In this document: positions 36,791-48,128 of the stretch, in pieces | Layout: every line of letters starts with the position of its first letter | Position numbering within the stretch: the first letter of the stretch is position 1 | NCBI GenBank assembly: GCA_001179505.1 | Contig: CDMY01000575.1 | Location: 1-48,642, forward strand | DNA: 48,642 nucleotides | Source: Vitrella brassicaformis CCMP3155 | Lineage: Eukaryota; Protista; Chromerida | Direction: 5' to 3' | Made by a program: the position numbers and the translations under genes | Notes under the pieces: model-generated | Told to the model about the DNA's origin: nothing | The model's input: only the letters and a program-made list of their open reading frames with translations | Databases searched by the model: none

Positions 36791-37051
36791 CGGGATGGAT
36801 GGATAGATCAATCTGGGAAGGAGATCTCAAGGCTTGTCATTCAATCGCGGGCTGCTGACATGACAGACACCAACGAAGCACATCCCCAGATCCTCTCTCC
36901 TCCTTCTCCTCTGCGTTGAAGAAACGCGGTAGGGTTCTTCCAACCCTCCGATCGTCCTGCCCATACCCTAGGGTGTACGCGGCACTTTTAATTCAGCCTG
37001 GGCTAGGGTACTAGGCCTTATCACATTTCCTCAACACTCTGCTGTTGCTTT

Positions 37052-37068
37052 TGCGAGCTCAGATCTGC
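37052..37068 (+). promoter_or_regulatory. Adjacent candidate motifs TGCGAGCTC-AGATCTGC upstream of citrate synthase
   Basis: Sequence TGCGAGCTCAGATCTGC, ~50 nt before ATG 37120. Confidence 0.45.
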
Positions 37069-37119
37069 AAGCTCAGCTCCTCGCCGAGGGCTTCGCAGTC
37101 CGTCCTTCCGTAGCATAAT

Positions 37120-39320
37120 ATGAAGATCCGCACATCCCTGAGCCTCTCCAGGCTCGCCTGTACTCATCTGGGCTCTGCCACTGCAGCGTCCCGAGCCAGC
37201 TGCACGAGCTGCCGCTCTTTCTCGTCGGCCATGCCAGCCCTGACGGAGAAGATAGAGGAGTTGGGCAAGCGCAAGATCGACATCCTGCAGTACCTGCGTA
37301 AGAACCACCGGATGGCGAGCCTGGGCGAGGTGCGGCTGGACCAGGCCATCGGCGGGATGCGGGGGATCAAGGGCATGATATGCGAGACCAGCGAGCTCGA
37401 CCCAGAGTTTGGCATCACCTACCGCGACCACAAAATCGAGGACCTTCGCGGCAGACTGCCGACGGTGCAGGGCGGCAAGGAGCCCCTGCCGGAAGCATTG
37501 CTGTGGCTGCTGCTGACGGGGGAGATCCCGAGCCCGGAGGAGACCATGATGATCCAGCAGGAGCTGGCGAGTCGCGCAAAGGTGCCCAAGCACGTGGAGG
37601 CGGCCATCGATGCGCTGCCGGCGTCGACCCACCCGATGACGCAGCTGGTGGTGGGGGTGACGGCCATGCAGACGGAGAGCAAGTTCGCCACACTATACCG
37701 AGACGGGCTGCACAAGACCCAGTACTGGAAACCCATTCTCAACGACTCGCTGGACCTGGTCAGTCAGTCACTGTTGGCGGAGAGAACGACTCGCGCGGGA
37801 AATGGAAATGTGTTCTCTTTCTGTTTGTTTGTGTGGGTGGGCAGATAGCGAGTATCCCGATCATCGCTGCGCGCATCTACCGCCGGACGTTCAAAGACGG
37901 CAAGACCATCCCACCAGACCCTTCTCTCGACTGGGTGAGAAGAATGAACACATACATCACATGGACATGGATGGATGGATCGATGGATCGATGGGTGAAT
38001 CCATCCGTTTAAACGTGTTGGTCAGTCTGCGAGTTTCACCAAGATGTTGGGTTATGAGGATCCGAACTTCTACGAACTGATGCGGCTGTACCTCTTCCTA
38101 CACGCCGATCACGAAGGTCAGTGAGTGACGCCACACACCCACCCATGACATCACACGACACGCAAGAACAGACAAAACAAGATACAACAGCAGCAGTAGA
38201 AGGGCGCGGCGTCGCGATGCATCCCCCCATCCATGTCTGGCTGTCTGTCTGTCTGGCTGAATGTGTCAGGTGGCAATGTTTCTGCCCACACGACCCACCT
38301 GGTGGGCAGTGCCCTGTCGGACCCATACCTCTCAATGGGAGCGGGACTCGCCGGACTCGCCGGTGGGCGCACTGACTCACACACGGAGAACACGCAAAGG
38401 AGGCCTTACCTGTGTGTCGTGCGGTGTGTCAGGTCCGCTGCATGGTTTGGCCAACCAGGAGTGTCTGCGGTGGATCCTGGACCTCAAGGACAGACTCAAG
38501 GGCCAGCCGCCCAGCGACGAGCTCATCGCCAAACTCGCGCAGGTAGGTACTCACGGGAGTTTGGTGTCGCATTCCCACTCTTTATCTGTCTGTGTGGGTG
38601 ATGTGTGTCCAGGAGACGCTCGACTCAGGCCGTGTGATCCCTGGGTTCGGCCACGCTGTGCTGCGTGTGACGGACCCAAGATACATGGCGCAGCGGGCGT
38701 TCGCCCTCGAGCACCTCAAGGACTCTGAGCTCTTCAGGATAGTCGACGCCTGCTACAAGACCATACCTGTCATACTGCAGAAGACAGGTATGGTAGGCCG
38801 GCAAACACACACGTCATGGCGAGACATGCATAGGACAAATGTGTGTATGTGTGTTCGCGTGTGTGTTTGTAGGGAAGGTGAAGAACCCGTGGCCGAATGT
38901 AGACGCCCACTCGGGCATCCTGCTGCACCACTACGGCCTCACTGAAGCAGACTACTTCACAGTAAGTATGCAACCAACCGATCCATCCATCCATCCACCC
39001 ACCACACACACCCCTTCTCTCATTCACGTGTGTGTGTGGGTGCATTCAGGTGTTGTTCGGTGTGTCCCGCACCATCGGGTGTCTGTCTCAGCTGGTGTGG
39101 TCGCGGCTGCTGGGATTCCCCATCGAGCGACCCAAGAGTGTCACCATCCACTGGCTCGACAAGTCGCTCACTGTCAGTCATTGGCACAAGCTAGACAGAC
39201 AACACACACCCCCACATAAGTGCATTTCCCGATGTCTGTGCGTGTACTGCGTATATGTGTGTGTGTGTGTGGTTGCAGGACACCCAGGGCGACAGCGGCT
39301 CACTCGGGCTCAACAGCTGA
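37120..39320 (+). CDS. CS: Citrate synthase, mitochondrial (eukaryotic type); multi-exon
   Basis: R/S-rich presequence, [28 protein letters not shown]|[56 protein letters not shown]. Last exon inferred at 39279-39320. Confidence 0.93.
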
Positions 39321-39945
39321 ACTCAACCTCATCCAGTCAGTCAGCCCCTCACCGGGGGTGACAGAAGGCTGTGTCAGCAGTGAGAGTGCAGCCAGAGCGA
39401 AGAGAGAGAGAAGTGTCGGTACATTAGCTAATACCTCTATCTATCTCAGTTGACTTGCTGAGGACCGTTTTCGATGTCCCTTCCCTTTTTGTGGCCCGTG
39501 TGTCCGTGAGATGAGGGCGGGGAATGTCTGTGTGTATGTGGGTATGTGTGTGCCGGGTGTGGCATCCACTCAACTGTCCATTGACTCCCTGCACGTCATG
39601 CTGCCCATGACTGACAGCACAGAGCTTCGTGTGGGCTGTGGCGTGAAGAGTGCAGCCATGGACGGTGGATGGATGGAGACAAGGGGTGCTCTAATTACGT
39701 AAGTACGTCGATGTGACTGACATTATGTAAGTGTAAGGAAGGTGAGATACGATAGAAAAAAAGTGCTGCAGGTAGTATTGCTGGGCCGCATTCCACTCAA
39801 GCACTTCAAGTGTTCAGACAAAGAGAGAGACAGTGGTTCCGAATGTCTCACTCACACTATCACGCCACGCCACGCCACCATCAGCAGCTCTCTGCTTTCT
39901 CCAATTGTCCGTTCACTCAACTCAACCTCCCTCCTCATTAGTCAG

Positions 39946-42051
39946 TCAGTCATACGCTGGCGGTGGGGCCTGGGCCTCCCCCGAAGAATCCCCTCCCTCA
40001 GGTTTGGCCTCCGTCTCCCCATTCGCCCCATAGGACGGCGGCGGGGGCGCTGACGTCAACGGCGTGTACTGCTGCTGCTGCTGCTGCAGCTGCTCCTGCG
40101 GCTGCGGCATCATGACACCCGGCTGCTGCTGCTGCTGCTGCTGCACCACGACAGCCTGGGTGGGCACCCCCCCAGGAATGTTCGGCTGCGCATACATGGG
40201 GGGGGCCACCTGATAGGCCCCCGGGCCGCCCACGGCTGGCTGCTGCTGGAGATAGTGTGTGTAGGCTGGTGGCAGGGGTGGGGCGGTGGGTGCTGGGATG
40301 GTGATGGCGACGACCTCCTGATAAACCACTGGCTGCCATGTGGCCGGCATCATGGCGATGGGGGCCGGGGGCGGCTGACGTAGGAACAGAATGATCGGGC
40401 AAGTCACGTTGGCTGTTGTCCCGCAGGTGATGCCTTCACAAACAGAGAGAGAAAGACAGAGACTCCCAAGTGCGCCAGTGTGTCTGGATCTGGATGGTGC
40501 TCAATCAGTTAGTCAGTTACCTGCTTTCATCTGGATGCTGAACTGGCACTGGATGATCTGCCCGAACGTCGTGGGCCGGACGCTATGTGGGATGGACAAA
40601 GTCATCTGCCTGGGGTTGCCTTCCTGCTCCGTCTCCTTGGTGTGAGGCGCTATCCCCGCGTAGCTCTGGGAAGCGATCACGTCCTTGTCGCGCCACGTGC
40701 GCGTACGCGTGGTGATACTCTGCACACACACACACACGCGGCAGTGGGGAGTGGAGAGGATGGTCGTGTGTGCCGCACTGACCACTTCTCTGACAAGTTC
40801 CAGGCGGATCTTCGGGATGTTGGCCTCGCTTTGGTTGTCAATCGAGCAGAGGAGCTGGGCCATGTCGCCTTCATGTCCACACACACACACACGGCAGGTG
40901 GTATGGTACGCGCCTGGCTCACATTATTACATGAATCACCATGCTCATTCACCGACCGGGCATGTACTTGTCGGCGTTGCACCTCATGGTGAGGTTCATC
41001 TCGCCCTTAGCGATGCAGCAGCAGAGGTACATCATCTGGTGGTCGTGACCCACAAGCTCCACCGAAGGCGGCATCCTCTGGTACACCGTCAGCTTCTTGG
41101 TGTCCTGCATCCAATCGACCCATCCATCCATCCATCCACTTCTTCTCTGTGTTTGTGGCCACCCCTACCTCACCTTGAGGTCCGCCTTGAACATGCCCGG
41201 CCGCACCACTTTGCCCTTGACCTTGTATACGATCTCACAGTTATACCGGTCACCATGGACTCGGTCAGAGAGCTCGAACGAGCCTGCACCAACAGGCAGA
41301 CAGACAGACAGACAGGCAGGCAGGGGCCGCCATCGACACATCCATCCATCCAGGCATTGCATTGCCTGCCTGGTAGTGTGGATGGCAGCATGAAGCGGAA
41401 GGGGTACGAGTACTGCCCACGGTCGAGATGCGACAGGCCCTGAGCCACCGGAACCTTCATTGAGCAAAGAAAAAGGCAAAAGGCAAGGCAGCAGTGTATG
41501 TAGCGCAGTTTACTGGACAAAGACCATTCACTGATTTGTCTCTCTCTCTCTCTCTCACTTCAACTTTGAAGAAGTCATTGCGATTGGTGTGCGTCCTGGT
41601 CTTCTGCACCTGCTTGGCGTTGTCGCCAGTGCCCTCCGTGACCGTGTACGTCTCTGCAGACAGGCACACAAGCAGCGGCGCAATGAAAGGGCCCGACTGA
41701 AACGCCTAAAGTGCCGGTCTGGTCTGCATGCTTCATCCATCCACGCCCCCAGTGAGTGCTGCAGTGCCTTCCTTCGTGAGCTGTCTGTTCTTATTACCTA
41801 CCCCACACGGTCACACGCTCGAAGCCCGACACCTTCAAGAAGACTCCCTTGACCTGCGTCGGGCTTTCGACCTGCAAGTTGACCTGAGGGCAGAGCGGGG
41901 CAAACGAGAGAGCAGAGCAGCAAGTGTATAGAGTCTCAGAAGGCCTCGCCTTTCTCCGTGCACAATTCCTTCTCACCCGGCCTGTGACCTCATCGCCAGC
42001 GCCGTAGTTCTGCTGGTCTGTCTGCACATTGACACCGCTGGCATTCCCCAT
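39946..42051 (-). CDS. Alpha-arrestin (Arrestin_N + Arrestin_C) with a Pro/Gln-rich tail carrying PPxY motifs; multi-exon
   Basis: MGNASGVNVQTDQQNYGAGDEVTG, VKGVFLKVSGFE, GQYSYPFRFMLPSTLP|GSFE, CEIVYKVKGKVVRPG, CSIDNQS...IRLELVR; tail with PPAY, PPMY, PPSY, PPAY; stop at 39946. Confidence 0.85.
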
Positions 42052-42111
42052 TGCGCACAGCCCGCTTTTATTCGATTTTGCACGACGAGGGCGCCCCTCT
42101 CTGTTCGAAGA

Positions 42112-42211
42112 AAGCTCGCATGCGGTACCCAACGAGCTTGCAGCAGAATATCGCATCTCGTGGACGTCTGGAGAGCGTGTGTTGAGGAACAAGCCCAAGA
42201 TCTGCAGATCT
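42112..42211. promoter_or_regulatory. Arrestin/GALNT divergent spacer: TGCGAGCTT (minus, 42112-42120) and perfect 14-bp palindrome AGATCTGCAGATCT (42198-42211)
   Basis: Direct reading; the palindrome lies at the midpoint between ATG 42051 and ATG 42360. Confidence 0.45.
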
Positions 42212-42359
42212 CGCCAATTGCCGCCATCCCGTGAGCCAAGTGTGACCGCTGCAAACGACGAGGGCCAGCTGATGGCCCAGGAGGCTTCTGTGTGTGTGAA
42301 TCTTGACCGACGGATACTGTCTGTGGCCTGGCGGTCCTAGCGAGCCAGCTACCCTATAT

Positions 42360-45300
42360 ATGCGCGCCATGACGAGCCGGTTCGGACGGATCCTGCAGTG
42401 CGTGCTGGTGATAGCTGGGTGCACATGGCTGGTGCTGCACGTGTCCTTCCTGCACCAGCTGGAGGAGCCGGACAGCGCCGCCACCCTCACGGGCATGTCG
42501 GAGAGGGACAGCATGATGCGAGGGCTGCAGGGACGGCTGGCAAGGAGAGCAAAGATGGCGGCGGGGTGGGTGACTGGACACCAGAAGATGAAGAGCGGTA
42601 CGCTTGCCTCATCCCACTCTCACCGCCACGCACAGGTCCATCTTTCTCTGTTTGTCTGTCTGTGCAGGGAAGGGTGTCCAGCAGCAGGAGCAGGAGCTTC
42701 ACGAGGAGATCCCCGCGCCACAAGTGGAGGGTCCAAAGGAGCTGCGGGGCGACGAAGACCAGCAGCAGCAAGATGGTGATACTGACGATGACAACGACAA
42801 TGACGATGACAACGACAGTGCCAACGACGACCAAGATGATGACAATGGCGATAAGGAGGTGAATGTTGAGGAGGAGACCGAGTACTGGCAGTCGGCCGAC
42901 AGCGTCGGCGGCATCGCCGGCGCACCCGGCCAGCGGGGCTATGACGCTGCCGTTGCTGGCGCTGGCGTGGTGCCCGCCCCGCCACTCGAAGGCGACAACG
43001 ACGACGGCAGGCATGGCGAGGGGGAGGCACAGCACGAGCAGCAAGACGACCAGCAGCAGCAGGAGCAGCAGCAGCCAGATGGTGGTGGTGATGGGTGGGT
43101 GTATCGTGATGTGGGTCCTGGGATGCTGCACGGGGCCGTGGGTCTGCTCCCCAACGGCACGCCGGCATGGCAGCCGGCACCCTCGCCGCCACAGGTACGG
43201 TACCCACACACTTAGCTGGGACGCCCACATGATGGATGACAGAGAGAAACCCCTGCACGTGTCTGTCGTGTGTCTGCTTGTGTGTGATCGGGTCGGGGTG
43301 GATGGCAGAAGGTGGATATGGCGCGTGAGCTGCGCGAGGGCGGCGGGTTCTTTCTGCGCAAGTCGGACTCGCTCCCGCTGCACCGAGATGTCAAGGACCT
43401 GCGCCAGGACCTCTGCCTCGCCAAGACATACGACATCCCCACACTGCCCAGGACCTGTGTCGTCTTCGTCTTCTACAACGAACCTTTCTCCACACTCATG
43501 AGGTCGGTGCACAGCGTGTTGGACCGGACGCCTCCCGAGCTGCTGCAGGAGATCGTCTTGGTGGACGACGGCAGCGACAAGGAGTGGATCAAGCCCAGGG
43601 AGATGGGCGGCAACGGCATGATCGCCGACTACATCACGCACCTGCCCAAGACACGAATGGTCCGCCTCGAGCAGAGGAAAGGCATCGTCGCCGCCAGGCT
43701 GAGGGGGGTGGAGGAGTGCGAGGCCGAGACCTTCGTCATTCTCGACAGCCACATCGAGGTGGGTGAGAGCTGCCGGCATCTGACAGACAACCTTCTTTCT
43801 GTGGCCCTCATAAGTGTCCATTTGTGTGTGTGTGTGTGTGTGGTTGTCAGGTGGAGCCCCAGTGGCTGGAGCCTCTGATGGAGCGGTTACAGGGCCCTGA
43901 AGGCCGCAAGCGATTCGTCATGCCACAGATCGACTCCATCGACCCTGAGACCTTCAAATTCCTCGGCGGCGGAATCGGCTGCACTCTCGGCTTCCTATGG
44001 AAGCTGATGGAGCACGCCTACCCCGACCAGAAGAAGGACCTGGCCAAGCGGAAATCGGCGATCGATCCGATGCCGTCGCCAGCCATGGCGGGGGGGCTGT
44101 TCGCGGCGAATCGTGAGTACTTTTGGAAGCTGGGTGGCTACGACCGCCAGTTCATGTATTGGGGGACGGAGAACCTGGAGCTGTCGTTCAGGATATGGCA
44201 GTGTGGGGGGTCGCTCGAGTGCTCGCCGTGCTCTCGGGTCTTCCACATATTCAGGAAGGGCGGCTCTGGCTACTCGGTCAGTAAGGGAGGGAGGGAGGGA
44301 GGGAGGGAGAGGAATAACACGGCAAACGCGCGGCGGCGGGCATGTGTGAAGGTGTGCATCTGTGTGTGTCGGTGTGTGTGGTATCTATCAGTCGCCTCCC
44401 AATGCCTTGACGATCAACAAGATGAGGACGGCGGCCATCTGGATGGACGAATTCGGGGACCTAGCAAGGTACGCCACACAAGCAACACAACACACGCACA
44501 ACTACCGGTCACCCATCCGCTCTAGTCCGTGTGGTCATTGATTTGATGCAGGGCTGTGTTGGGTCGTCCGACCACCGACCTGGGTTCTCTCGACGAGATG
44601 CGGGCGTTGCGGGAGCGGCTGCAGTGCAAGTCCTTCAAGTGGTTCTTCGACAACGTATGGCCGGAGAGCTACATCACCGAGCTGCCGAGAGACGTCCCCT
44701 TCATGGGCGAGATCAAGAACCGGGCCTCCAACCGGTACACACACACATACAGAGGAAGACCAACACACGTGTGGCCAATGCGCGCGTGTGTGGCTAACCA
44801 GGTGTGTCGACTCGATGGGTCGAAACAGCCCCGGTCAGAAGATCGGCATCGTCGAGTGCCACGGCATGAGGGGGCCGCAGGAGTTCATGTACTTCAGGGT
44901 GCCCAAACACATCATGCCCGTCCGCAACGACGAGGCATGCCTCAAACCCCCTAACGAGCTCGTCTGGTGCCACGAACACCAAAACATGTCAGCTTAGCAA
45001 CCGATCACAAAACACCACGCGCATTGGCCGGCCAGTGGTAGTGTCTTTGTGTGGTGTGGGTGGCATGGTTGGAGACAGGTGGGAGTACTCAGAGGAAGAC
45101 GGTCTGTTGCATTACTTGGACAGGGGTCGGCCGCACGACCCACCACAGTGTCTGGCTGAGAGGCTGGACGCCAGGGCCATGGAGCTCAAGGAATGTGACG
45201 CACACGACCCCACACAGGTCAGAAAAAGACCCAACACGGATGACACCACATGGCGTGTGAGTATTGTATTGCGTGCCGTGCAGGTGTGGTCATTCGAGCG

Positions 45301-45382
45301 GTACAAGACTGAGGAGGAGATCAAGGCTGAGCGAGTGGCCAAGAACCAAGTGGGACACAAGTTGAGGAAAACAATCAAATAG
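42360..45382 (+). CDS. GALNT: Polypeptide N-acetylgalactosaminyltransferase (GT27) with a C-terminal ricin-type lectin domain; multi-exon
   Basis: Type II TM anchor, acidic stem, VVFVFYNEPFSTLMRSVHSVLDRTPPELLQEIVLVDDGS, GIVAARLRG, ILDSHIE (DxH), SPAMAGGLFA, WGTENLELSFRIWQCGG, CSRVFHIFR, LQCKSFKWFFDNVWPE, CVDSMG...CHGMRGPQEF. Confidence 0.95.
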
Positions 45383-45867
45383 TGAATGTCCGTCCATGTA
45401 TAGCCAGTGGGCCAGTGTGGCGAGGCTTGGTTGGTTGATTGGGGGAATGGCAATTCATTATTCGGGACGAAAGGCAGCCGCTTTCTCGTAGCAATCGCAG
45501 CGCACACGGATGCCCTAGTGTTCTTTCTCTGTGTGGTGTTGTGTGCTGTGATGTCGATGGGCGATGGGCACTGCGTCGTGCGCACTAATTAAGGACTTCG
45601 GTTGTGGGACAGAGGGTGGGTGGATGGGTGTGATGGTGCTTGCATGAGGTTGGCGGGACAGGCGAGAGATCCGACTGCAGCAGACAGACAGGCCTGTCTT
45701 GTGGACAGCTAGTGTGTGGCCTGATGCGAGATCTGCGAGAACAGACACATTTAGATGGTCATTGTCTTGCGTGAAGGCGCGGCATGATCCACGATAAAGA
45801 AAGAATCCAACACAGACTCTGAGTGCATCCACGCAATCACGACACACAACACGCCGACTGCCTCAAG

Positions 45868-46956
45868 TCACGTGCCGCCCTCAGACTGCCCCTCCCCCGC
45901 CTCTTGCTGCTTCTTGCGCTGCAGATACCGCTCACGCGCAGACAAGACAGCTGTCTTTCTCTCCGCCTCTTGCCTCGCCTTCTCCTCCGCTGACAGCTCC
46001 GGCGGGGCAGCGGGCACATCCTTCTTGGGCTTCTTCGGTGCCGGCTGAGCCGCCGCCGGCTCCTCCTGTTCAGTGGAGGGGAGAGGCTGGCCTGCAGCTG
46101 TGGGCGGCGCTTCAGCCTCATGCTCGTCTCCATCTCGTGGCCGCTTGTCGGGCCTCGGTGATGATGGCTTGTCCTCAGGCATATTTCCCACGGCAGCAGC
46201 TGATGAAGCACCCTCCTCTCTCTCTACCGGCGCTGCTGGTGGTGTATCGTCTGTGGCGGGCTTGGCTGGGGGTGGCTGGACATGCCTCGAGGCGAGGTTG
46301 TGTTTGAGAAGGTGAGAGTGGAAGTCGGTGAGGTTCTCCTTCTTGGTGACCTCGTTGTGGGTGTCGCGGGCGTCCTGCATGGCCAGCTCCCTCTCCAGCT
46401 GCCGCCGCTCCTCGAGCTTCTTCTTGTACGCTGACGTGATGAACTTGTCCTTGTCGGCGTACAGCTCCGCGTCCCTCTCCTGCTCCCGCTTCAAGTTCCT
46501 CTCCTCGATGATCTCCTGCTCCATCTGCCGCCGCTGACTGACGCGCTGAAGCGACTCGATGTAACGGGACTTGGGCTTGGCCTTCTTCTTGCCAGCGGCC
46601 TCCTCAGCTGCCCGCTCCTCCTGCTGCTGTCGCTTTAGCTGCTTGTCGGCCTCCGCCCTCTGCTGGCTGCTGATGTTGTCGTAGATGTCGTCATAGCTGA
46701 AGATGGTGGGGTCCACCTCGAGCATCTTCTGGTGCTCCTCCTCATGCCGCTTCTGCCGACCGGCCTGCGTCTGCACCATGCGCCGGAACTGCCCGCGCCT
46801 GCCCTGCTCATCGTCCGCTGCCTCGTCCTCCATCGACTGGGCGAAGAGCGCTGACACGCCGGCCGCTGACTGCTGTTGTCTGCTGCTGGGGAGAGGGGGC
46901 TGGTTGGCCTTCTTAGCGGGCAGGTTGAGGCCGAACTTGAGCTTACTCGCCGACAT
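45868..46956 (-). CDS. NSRP1: Nuclear speckle splicing regulatory protein 1 (CCDC55/DUF2040)-like; single exon
   Basis: KLKFGLNLP, MLEVDPTIFSYDDIYD, KSRYIESL...RRQMEQEIIEERNLKREQERDAELYADKDKFITSAYKKKLEE, C-terminal AVLSARERYLQRK; ATG at 46956. Confidence 0.85.
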   Translation of the reverse strand: MSASKLKFGLNLPAKKANQPPLPSSRQQQSAAGVSALFAQSMEDEAADDEQGRRGQFRRMVQTQAGRQKRHEEEHQKMLEVDPTIFSYDDIYDNISSQQRAEADKQLKRQQQEERAAEEAAGKKKAKPKSRYIESLQRVSQRRQMEQEIIEERNLKREQERDAELYADKDKFITSAYKKKLEERRQLERELAMQDARDTHNEVTKKENLTDFHSHLLKHNLASRHVQPPPAKPATDDTPPAAPVEREEGASSAAAVGNMPEDKPSSPRPDKRPRDGDEHEAEAPPTAAGQPLPSTEQEEPAAAQPAPKKPKKDVPAAPPELSAEEKARQEAERKTAVLSARERYLQRKKQQEAGEGQSEGGT

Positions 46957-47030
46957 GCGTGTTGATTGATAGAGAGAACGATGAGCTCCTCGCTGTGGAC
47001 GTTGTTCCACAAGGCGCCAAGAAAAGTTCC

Positions 47031-47039
47031 AAGCTCGCA
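47031..47039 (-). promoter_or_regulatory. Candidate promoter motif TGCGAGCTT in the NSRP1/IspD divergent spacer
   Basis: Plus strand AAGCTCGCA, 74 nt upstream of the NSRP1 ATG. Confidence 0.4.
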
Positions 47040-47175
47040 AAGGGCGCCTAGGGTGCTCCCTGACACCGCTGCCTCGTCAGCCGCACGTCGACTGTGAAAG
47101 GAAATGAGGCGTCGTTCATCCCTGCAGCACGCAAACGAGTCCGAGCTTTGAGACCTCCTTGATCTATTGATCAAG

Positions 47176-48128
47176 ATGATGAATCTCGTGGTGCTTTCTC
47201 TCTTCGGCGTCGCGGCCACAGCATTCTCTGTCGGCCCTCATCGCTCAGCCATACATGGCGGTCTACACCCACCACCAATATCAAGAGCTGCCCCTTCTGC
47301 AAGGCGGCGTCAACCGCCACTTCTGGCGGCATCCCTCTCACCTTCTGTTGATGGGCACGTTGACAACGTGGGAGTGATCCTGCTGGCTGGCGGAGTGGGC
47401 AAACGGATGAATGCCGACCGGCCGAAACAGTTCCTCGAGCTGATGGGCAAGCCCGTCCTTGAGCACAGCGTCGAGCTCTTCCTCACCTTGCCGGGCGTCA
47501 AGCACATCGTCCTGGTGCTCGATGAGGCCTACAGGGACACCTTTCGCGGCCGCGACGAGCGGATAGTGTTTGCGCCGCCGGGCGAGGAGCGGCAGGACAG
47601 CGTGTGGAATGGGCTGCAGGCGATGCCGGAAGGGGTGAGTGTGGTGTGCATCCACGACTCGGCGAGGCCGCTGGTGACGCAGGGGACGGTGCTGCAGTGC
47701 ATACGGGACGCGAACACTCATGGGGCGGCGGTCGTGGGCGTACCGATGAAGGCCACTGTCAAGGAGAGCGAAGACGGGCAATTCGTGCTCAGGACAATTG
47801 AAAGGTACCTACCCCGTCGAACACACACATCTATGTGCCATTCATGCTTTATCTATCTGTCTATAGGAGTCGGTTATGGGAGATCCAGACGCCGCAGGTG
47901 ATCCAGCCGGCGTTGCTGAAAGAGGGGTTCGCGCTTGTGCGTGAGAAGTCGCTGGCCGTGACGGACGATGTGTCGCTGGTGGAGCTGCTGGGCAAGCCGG
48001 TCAAGCTGACGATGGGCGAGTACGAGAACCTCAAGATCACCACCCCAGAGGACATGGTCATTGCCGAACAGTTCATGCGCGCCAGGCAGCGAGAGGAGAC
48101 TGCCGCCGAGCACGTGCCGTCACGTTAG
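47176..48128 (+). CDS. ispD: 2-C-methyl-D-erythritol 4-phosphate cytidylyltransferase (MEP pathway), plastid-targeted; one intron
   Basis: Signal peptide ending ATAF plus transit peptide; VILLAGGVGKRM, KQFLELMGKPVL, GEERQDSVWNGL, IHDSARPLV, TPQ, TDDVSLVE, NLKITTPED. Confidence 0.95.

Noticed and set aside
42487-43821. 444-aa minus-strand ORF
   Set aside because: Antisense shadow of the GC-rich GALNT exons; it runs through introns and has no protein motif.
47176-47340. IspD bipartite leader as a novelty
   Set aside because: Expected for a nuclear-encoded MEP-pathway enzyme in an organism with a secondary plastid; useful only for taxonomic inference.
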